Made by a program: the position numbers and the translations under genes. Shown here one piece after another: positions 57,293 to 64,000 of a DNA stretch of 64,000 bases. This DNA is from a virus (taxonomy: Duplodnaviria; Caudoviricetes). Location: the IMG/VR virus record IMGVR_UViG_3300030098_005649; one strand, written 5' to 3'. How positions within the stretch are numbered: position 1 is the first letter of the stretch; every line of letters begins with the position of its first letter. The notes beneath the pieces were generated by a model that saw only the letters and a list, made by a program, of their open reading frames with translations, ran no database searches and had not been told where the DNA came from.

Positions 57293-57302
57293 GATATTTA
57301 TA
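57293..57302 (+). promoter_or_regulatory. Candidate late promoter GATATTTATA
   Basis: Intergenic, before SD 57311. Confidence 0.45.
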
Positions 57303-57320
57303 ACTATATTGGAGAATCTT

Positions 57321-57560
57321 ATGAAAACTCGTGGAAAACTAACAGAAGGTATTCTTGACGGAATATTAAAATTGATATTGAAAGGTCGTTCTAACGCTCT
57401 AAATAAGGCATTTAATAATGACCCTACAATACAGAAAGCCACGAAAGAAACAGAAGAGGCTCTCGATACTTGGGAGCAAACCTTAGTGAAATTAGCAAAA
57501 CAAGGTAGTCCAAGTGCAAAGAAAGCTTTATCCGATTTGAGAAAATATCGTAATCTATAA
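57321..57560 (+). CDS. Hypothetical protein
   Basis: GGAG SD at 57311; ATG 57321; leader ends KLTE|G. Confidence 0.55.
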   Translation: MKTRGKLTEGILDGILKLILKGRSNALNKAFNNDPTIQKATKETEEALDTWEQTLVKLAKQGSPSAKKALSDLRKYRNL

Positions 57561-57612
57561 TAAGTTCTTCAGAAATCATAGTATTTCAAAATTCAACTAA
57601 AAGAAAAAAAAT

Positions 57613-59925
57613 ATGGCAACTAATCAAGAAGTTAGGAATCAGAACGAATTAACCAAAGGTGCAAAATTATATAAAGACGCCGTTGTCGGTTCTGTAAAAG
57701 CCTTTAAGGAAATGGGTCAAGACACCAAGAAAATGTTGTCTACTTTTGACTCCATTACTGATTCAATTTCTGAAATTGCAACAAGTTTTGATGATATTGG
57801 TGATTCTACATTTTTGATAATGGACAACACCAAGACTCTTCAAAAACAAATTGCAAAAGTAGCAAAAACAAATAAAGACCAAGCAACAGTACTAAATTCA
57901 CATTTGAAGGCGTATCAAGGTGCATTGTCTACTGCAAAAAAACTTGATGCACAAGCAAAATTATTACTTGGTCCGTTGGAGAGTGCAAAGAATTTTGTTG
58001 ATGGAATGTTTGGACAAACCCTATCTGATGCATTGGGATTGGGAAAAATATTTGATGACCTAAATGATACAATTAAAGATGCATTTCTAAATTTAGATTA
58101 TGTAGATAATTTACGAAAAGGAATTACTGATACTATTAATGGTGCTACTGCAGCTTTTCAAGAGTTGGGTGGTGTAAAAATGGATGGTATGGAAGAAGCA
58201 GCTGAGGCTGCAGAAGAAGTTTCAAAGAGTACTATGACGAGTTATGATGCTATAGGTAATGGAAATCGTGTAGCAAACGAACAGGCAAGAAAGCTCGCAG
58301 AAGGTGCAGATGGTGCAGGAGATATAGCTGATGCAGCAGCAGCAGGTAAATTACAAATGTTGGCTTTAGGTGCAGCTGCACTTGCAACTGTTGCATATTT
58401 TGCATCAATCGTAAAGGGTGCAATAGAGTTGAGAAAAGAGTTAGGTGTTTCTGTAATTGAGGCATCAAAACTAACCAAACAATCACAAATCTTATCATTT
58501 CAATTCGCACTATTGGGTGTTAGTGGAGATGAGATAAAAAGTGCACAAATTGCAATACGAGAAGAGTTGGGTGGAACTGTAGATGGTTCAAGGCAGTTTT
58601 TATCTAATCTTATCAATACATCTGCACAAATCGGAATGAGTGCTAGTGACTTGATTGTGATGAGAGAAAATATGAGAGCAATTGGTGGATTTTCACAAGA
58701 CCAAGCAGATGCATTGATTATGTCTACTCGTGAATTAGCAACTCAAAAGAATGTAATACCAAGTAAGGTATTTGCAGATGTCACGGAAGATGCAGAGTTT
58801 TTTGCAAACTATGCTAAAGATGGTGGAAAGAATTTATTAGATGCTGCGGTTGCAGCAAGACAACTTGGAAGTAACTTAGCAATAACTGCTAAAGTTGCAG
58901 ATTCACTTTTAGACTTTGAAAGTTCTGTGAATGCAGAAATGGAGGCAAGTGTTTTACTCGGAAGAGATTTGAATTTAGATATGGCAAGAAGAGCAGTTCT
59001 TAATAGTGATATGCTAACCGTACAAAAAGAAGTATTGAGAGTTGTGGGTAGTATGGCAGAGTTCGATAGACTCAATGTTATTGAAAAGCAAAAGCTCGCA
59101 GCTGCAGTTGGATTATCCACAAGTGAATTATTGACTCAAGTAAAGGCTGCAGAAAGAAAGAAAATTTTAGATGACGATAGTCTAACTACTCAACAAAAAT
59201 TGGAAAGTGGTTTAGTAGGTATATCTGATTTAATAGGAAAAGGTATAAATCAATTTATGGCCACATTTGGAGATTCGTTAGCTGGTATTGGTACTACTCT
59301 TATTAGTGTTATTATGCCTGCATTAGGTACAATATTTACAGTTATTGGTGCGATATTAATTCCTGTTGCTGGTATTGCAGAAGCTTTCAATATGGTGAAT
59401 GATTATCTTGGTGGTGCTTTAGGCTCAATTGTAGGTATAGGAGCTGCAATGTACGGATTAGTGACAGTATATAAAACCTTGAAAGGTATTGCTGCAGTAA
59501 CAGCTGTTTTTGATATTTTTAGAAATGCATTTACAAAAGGTGGTCATCCAGTTTTAGCTCTTAGTCTAGCAACTGCCTCTATTATTGGTATGATGAGTAT
59601 GGCAAAAAAAGTAATGAATGTTGGTGATATGCAGATGAGTGGTGGTGGTGCCACAATAATGACTTCAGGTACAAGTGGTGGTATTTTTAATACTCGAGCT
59701 GACGATGAAGTCAATGTAGGTCCAAAAGGATTTATGGCACAGGCAGTTACAAATGGAATGTTACAAGTTGCAAGTATGCAACAACAAGGAAGTAGTGAGG
59801 TTGCTCAAGCATTCAATAGATTTGAGAGTGGACAGAAACAAAGACACTTAGAGGCACAAACTTCTCGTGGTGTATTGACAGACCAAACAAAACGAAACAG
59901 ACCAGGTGAGGTGGTAATAACATAA
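57613..59925 (+). CDS. Tape measure protein
   Basis: 770 aa, Ala/Leu-rich helical, DFESSVNAEMEASVLLGRDLNL..AR motif, hydrophobic C-terminal segments; follows tube and chaperone. Confidence 0.8.
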   Translation: MATNQEVRNQNELTKGAKLYKDAVVGSVKAFKEMGQDTKKMLSTFDSITDSISEIATSFDDIGDSTFLIMDNTKTLQKQIAKVAKTNKDQATVLNSHLKAYQGALSTAKKLDAQAKLLLGPLESAKNFVDGMFGQTLSDALGLGKIFDDLNDTIKDAFLNLDYVDNLRKGITDTINGATAAFQELGGVKMDGMEEAAEAAEEVSKSTMTSYDAIGNGNRVANEQARKLAEGADGAGDIADAAAAGKLQMLALGAAALATVAYFASIVKGAIELRKELGVSVIEASKLTKQSQILSFQFALLGVSGDEIKSAQIAIREELGGTVDGSRQFLSNLINTSAQIGMSASDLIVMRENMRAIGGFSQDQADALIMSTRELATQKNVIPSKVFADVTEDAEFFANYAKDGGKNLLDAAVAARQLGSNLAITAKVADSLLDFESSVNAEMEASVLLGRDLNLDMARRAVLNSDMLTVQKEVLRVVGSMAEFDRLNVIEKQKLAAAVGLSTSELLTQVKAAERKKILDDDSLTTQQKLESGLVGISDLIGKGINQFMATFGDSLAGIGTTLISVIMPALGTIFTVIGAILIPVAGIAEAFNMVNDYLGGALGSIVGIGAAMYGLVTVYKTLKGIAAVTAVFDIFRNAFTKGGHPVLALSLATASIIGMMSMAKKVMNVGDMQMSGGGATIMTSGTSGGIFNTRADDEVNVGPKGFMAQAVTNGMLQVASMQQQGSSEVAQAFNRFESGQKQRHLEAQTSRGVLTDQTKRNRPGEVVIT

Positions 59926-62900
59926 TGGCACTCAAGGACTTAAAATCAGATTTAGGAAGAATATCCACGGTAGATTTTATATCAAATACCGTAAATGATG
60001 GTTTTATCAAGAATGATAATTCACGAGACACGAGTCGTTTCAAAGGTGTTGCTGGTCAATCCTATGGATATCCAAACTATAGTGGATTGGGATTGGGACT
60101 AATTAGTTCAGTAGACTTTTTTCCAAATGTAGATGCAAATGGATTTAGTCAAAGATTTGTAGATAGAGATGCCAGTAAATTTCAAGGTATCAAAATAAAA
60201 GGAGAGGACTATACATATTCATATCCAAATAATTATGGTATGAATTTGGGATATACAGACGAGGTAACTACAGTAGATTTCTTATCGGGTCGTAGTGGAG
60301 AGTGGGGTTCAAACACATTACCAAACGGATTTACAAAAACTTTCAATAGTAAGTATAGTTCACAATTAGTAAATGATGGTAATACTTTTCCATATAATGT
60401 AATCTCACCTAAATCGTGGGATATAGATGAAACCACAAACTCATCTGCATTTACTTTCAAGACTCGTTCACAATTACAAGATAGTGGATTACTATATATT
60501 CCAGATTCAACTGGTGGGCCCTTACCCACTAATACAAATCCATATTTAGATATTTTGGGAGACTTACAATTTAGTAATTGGAAATCACAACATAATAAAC
60601 TTGGATATGGAAAAGATTTACCAAATGGGGAGTTTTCAGGTTTACCATTTATTGTTAGAAATATAGGTCAGAGGTGGGATGGTAATAGTTATCCAACCAT
60701 AGGATTTTCTGGAGATTTCTTCAGAGGTGGAGTGATGACACGAATTGGTAGACAAGATTCTGATTTTGTTAGATTGAGTGCGGTAACACAAAGGAGTAAT
60801 TTTATAGGTAATAATTCTATATTACAATCTCTAAATTTACGACAAGAAACTCGTGTTATGGCATTACCAAAAATTTTATTGTCCGCAACAACAGATGCGG
60901 CATACACTCGACACACCGATGTTAGTAAAGGTGTAGACTTTTTTAAGAAAGCTTTAGATGCATTTAGTGCTGCAGGTGGTGGAACTTCAGAACTACCAAC
61001 AACTGGTGCAGAGGCTAGTCTATTCAATCAAAATGTTAGTGACCTTGAAATTGCAAGAAATACACAAGTCACGAGTCATGCACAATCTGCACTAAATAAT
61101 AATAGACTACAACAGGCACAAAACAGAACTAAATTTGGTTCTTCTATGTCTTCATTTTTTGATAATACAAAAACTACTACTAATAGAACATTACCACCTT
61201 TATTCACACCATCAAGAGCAAGTATCAATGATTTCTTAATTAGTAACGATAATGACCCTAATCTACCAGAGTTTGCTAGATTGGGTGATGGTATAGGTGC
61301 ATTACCTAATCTTGGTCCTTCAAGAGTTATAGGACCAGGTGCTATGACAGATGGTGTGGGGTTGAATGTTATCTCCAATACACAACAAGAAGCTAATTTA
61401 AAATTTGGTCAAGTAAATACTGATAATTTTGGTGCAAGTTTGGCACCATATAGTGCACAAAATGGAGTTCTTGATTGGGGACTAAGTACGAGACATCAAT
61501 TCTCACCAGGTACTCCAAGTCGTATACTTCAAGGTCCTGATGGGGCATATGAAAATAATATTCCAGTTTCATATTTGGCAAAACATACTCACGAAGAGAA
61601 TTTTGCACTTGGTGTTTATACCACAGGAACAGATGATTATTTGAGTAATTGGATGGATAATCAAATGGCAAGTGTAGATGGATTGAATACTAAAAAAGAT
61701 AGACCACCAAATCCAAACGATAGATTGAGTAAGGCATTTTATTCTTTCTTTCACGGAGACCCAACAGAATTCTTGGCAGACAAGTATTATGGGACAAGTG
61801 CAATACAAACTTATAATATAGGTGGACAACGAATTCCAATATATAGTTTAGACCAACCAGAAAATGGTGCACCTACTTCTTTTCTTGGTAAACTTTCAAG
61901 TGGATTCAAGTCAATGGTGAATAGTATAATGAGTGCAACAATTGCTACACGATTTGAAAACACACGAAATGCTGGTACACTAATGAAATCCAATGTGTTG
62001 GGTCGTATGGAAAATTTATATTTTGGTAGTGGGAAGGCCTTTGAATTGGCTGATAATGACTTTTCAACAGTAGATGAGGCAAGAGCTTTTCAAACAAATG
62101 ATTTGATATTTGGTGGACAAAATGGTTCGTTTAGTAACTTTAGTATGTTTGTAAACGATGAGGGTAGAGTTGAAAACAAATATGGTACAGATACATTAGA
62201 CTCGGCTGTAGGACATTTTAGAAAGTATGCACCATATGCACAAAATGCTTCATCAATAGGTCCTACATCAGATTTACAAATGACTGCTGGTTGGGAGATG
62301 GAATCAACTATTGATGCAAGTTCTCTATCAAATGCTGAAAAAGATAAATACTTTGAAATGAATGGTGAAGAGATTGATTTATGGTCAGACTTTGGTATAC
62401 GATATAAACAATCTAAATTGGCAATACCAACAGATAGAGTAAAAACACTAAAAGGAAAATTAGATACTAAGGAGTTGGTCGAGAAACCAAACTCACCATT
62501 TTATCCAAAGGTTACAAATGCTGCTAAGAGTCAAGATTTTAGGGTAAGACCTCGTACTGAAACCTCAGATAAAGAACTTCCAGATGGAATTAAACCTCGT
62601 TCTTATGCAACATTACATTATGGTATGTTGGGTAGTCGTTATGATTCAGATTTTGAAGATAAGAGTTTTTCATATGAAAAAACAAAGATGAGTCCATCAG
62701 AACAGCTAGAGAATCCAGAGGTTATTACTAATCTCGTTGATGACACAACACCAGAAAAAGAAAATAAATTTTTCAATGAAGAACTTCGTAAGAGAACTGA
62801 TGGTCAAAATAAAGTAAAACTGATAGGTAATCAAGGTAGAACTGATTACAAAGCAGTACATAATGATGAACTTGGAAAGATATTTGTTGATCCATTTAGT

Positions 62901-63728
62901 GGTAATATAGTCAAAAATAATCCATATGTAGACCAAGTAAATGCCTCACCATATGGTGGTAAGTTTGGTGACTATACCATTTATGATAATAATGATGATT
63001 TTATACCTTTCAAAATTAGAGATGAGGTAAAAGGTAAGTGGTTGATATTTAGAGCAATATTGAGTGGGATAACTGATAATACCACACCTGAGTTTCAATC
63101 AGAACAATACATTGGTAGACCAGATAAAGTGCATGTTTATACAGGTGTACAAAGACAAATAGATTTTACATTTTTGATTTACCCAAAAACAAAACAAGAA
63201 TTACCAATATTGTGGGAAAAGATAAATTACTTGGTTGGACTTGGATATCCACATTATAATAATAATGATAATAGAATGATTGCACCATTTGTTAGTTTGA
63301 CAATTGGTGATATGTATGATAAGACACCAGGATATTTTTCTGGTATAAATGTAACTGTGGATGATGGTTCTACTTGGGAATTAGATGATGGATTGAGAGT
63401 TCCAAAGTATATATCTGTTGGTTGTAACTTTACACATATTGGTAGATATAAATTGAGAGCAGATGGTAAACATTTTGATTTACCACACATTCAAGGTATG
63501 AGACCTGGTAAGGATAATTTATATCCTGATAGAGGTGGTCAGTTTGAAAGTTTATTTGGAGAAATGGGTGGTAGTAAACAAGGTGAACCTTTACAGGCTA
63601 GTGAGGTTTCACAACAATCAAATGCACCTAATCTAGCAAACTTTTGGAACAATGACCCTAACAGACCAAAAAGATTTTATAATAATGATGGTAAATTAGT
63701 TCAAGTTGGTGATACCAAATTAATATAG
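59925..63728 (+). CDS. Large baseplate/tail-tube-initiator-related protein
   Basis: C-terminal FRAILSGITD...YIGRPDKVHVYTG..RQIDFTF...WEKINYL...APFVSLTIGDMY..TPG tube-fold-like domain; position after TMP. Confidence 0.6.
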   Translation: MALKDLKSDLGRISTVDFISNTVNDGFIKNDNSRDTSRFKGVAGQSYGYPNYSGLGLGLISSVDFFPNVDANGFSQRFVDRDASKFQGIKIKGEDYTYSYPNNYGMNLGYTDEVTTVDFLSGRSGEWGSNTLPNGFTKTFNSKYSSQLVNDGNTFPYNVISPKSWDIDETTNSSAFTFKTRSQLQDSGLLYIPDSTGGPLPTNTNPYLDILGDLQFSNWKSQHNKLGYGKDLPNGEFSGLPFIVRNIGQRWDGNSYPTIGFSGDFFRGGVMTRIGRQDSDFVRLSAVTQRSNFIGNNSILQSLNLRQETRVMALPKILLSATTDAAYTRHTDVSKGVDFFKKALDAFSAAGGGTSELPTTGAEASLFNQNVSDLEIARNTQVTSHAQSALNNNRLQQAQNRTKFGSSMSSFFDNTKTTTNRTLPPLFTPSRASINDFLISNDNDPNLPEFARLGDGIGALPNLGPSRVIGPGAMTDGVGLNVISNTQQEANLKFGQVNTDNFGASLAPYSAQNGVLDWGLSTRHQFSPGTPSRILQGPDGAYENNIPVSYLAKHTHEENFALGVYTTGTDDYLSNWMDNQMASVDGLNTKKDRPPNPNDRLSKAFYSFFHGDPTEFLADKYYGTSAIQTYNIGGQRIPIYSLDQPENGAPTSFLGKLSSGFKSMVNSIMSATIATRFENTRNAGTLMKSNVLGRMENLYFGSGKAFELADNDFSTVDEARAFQTNDLIFGGQNGSFSNFSMFVNDEGRVENKYGTDTLDSAVGHFRKYAPYAQNASSIGPTSDLQMTAGWEMESTIDASSLSNAEKDKYFEMNGEEIDLWSDFGIRYKQSKLAIPTDRVKTLKGKLDTKELVEKPNSPFYPKVTNAAKSQDFRVRPRTETSDKELPDGIKPRSYATLHYGMLGSRYDSDFEDKSFSYEKTKMSPSEQLENPEVITNLVDDTTPEKENKFFNEELRKRTDGQNKVKLIGNQGRTDYKAVHNDELGKIFVDPFSGNIVKNNPYVDQVNASPYGGKFGDYTIYDNNDDFIPFKIRDEVKGKWLIFRAILSGITDNTTPEFQSEQYIGRPDKVHVYTGVQRQIDFTFLIYPKTKQELPILWEKINYLVGLGYPHYNNNDNRMIAPFVSLTIGDMYDKTPGYFSGINVTVDDGSTWELDDGLRVPKYISVGCNFTHIGRYKLRADGKHFDLPHIQGMRPGKDNLYPDRGGQFESLFGEMGGSKQGEPLQASEVSQQSNAPNLANFWNNDPNRPKRFYNNDGKLVQVGDTKLI

Positions 63729-63735
63729 GTAAGTA

Positions 63736-64000
63736 ATGAGATATAGTAAAACAAGAAAGAGAAGAGCAAAAGGTACAGGACAACTGGTTCAAAAACCCAC
63801 TTTCTATCCATTGATAGAACCGAGAGATGATGATGTCATTTATCGTCCAAAGTATGGAGAGAGGTTGGATAAACTTGCTGCAGAATATTATGGTAATCCA
63901 AGTTATTGGTGGATTATATATCAGGCAAATAAAGACTTAATATTCAAAGGAGAGAGAATACTACAACCATATAGTTTTGAAACAAACCCTAATTTTTCAC
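63736..64000 (+). CDS. LysM/tail-X-like baseplate protein, 3' partial
   Basis: GERLDKLAAEYYGNPSYWWIIYQAN. Confidence 0.75.
   Translation, partial: MRYSKTRKRRAKGTGQLVQKPTFYPLIEPRDDDVIYRPKYGERLDKLAAEYYGNPSYWWIIYQANKDLIFKGERILQPYSFETNPNFS

Noticed and set aside
1-64000. CATG and GATC avoidance (frequent CAC-G codon pairs)
   Set aside because: Both words still occur many times; depletion cannot be supported without counting.

Overview
AT-rich (about one third G+C by eye), almost entirely plus-strand window of a large T4-like myovirus (jumbo phage) in genetic code 11. Order: end of a replication/recombination block (zincin-like partial gene, resolvase-like nuclease, primase, fused Mre11-Rad50); a lone minus-strand ribbon-helix-helix gene; a 1843-aa virion protein with an internal Hint domain; GH108 endolysin; a ~17 kb head region in which terminase, portal and prohead protease are interleaved with Lys-rich modular proteins; ribosomal protein bS21; scaffold; major capsid protein; neck and tail-terminator genes; three giant fibre genes built on (Gly-Thr/Ser-Ser)n repeats; then sheath, tube, tail chaperone, tape measure, baseplate and LysM genes. 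Most notable observations: (1) putative capsid-packaged polyproteins with modules delimited by x-x-E sites typical of prohead-protease cleavage and a shared MxKLKxLLxE leader, one carrying a nucleotidyltransferase plus an RNA-ligase-like domain; (2) Ser/Thr-type collagen-register fibres assembled from reused spacer and cap modules; (3) a Hint domain inserted in a domain whose Hint-free paralogue is in another fibre; (4) an in-frame TGA with a small downstream hairpin; (5) a +1/-2 frameshift signal in the tail chaperone; (6) strong TTAA avoidance with a TTAA-rich iteron-like island; (7) a recurrent TAYTTATW upstream motif, the reverse complement of the T4 late promoter. All homology calls come from motif recognition by eye; no searches were run.
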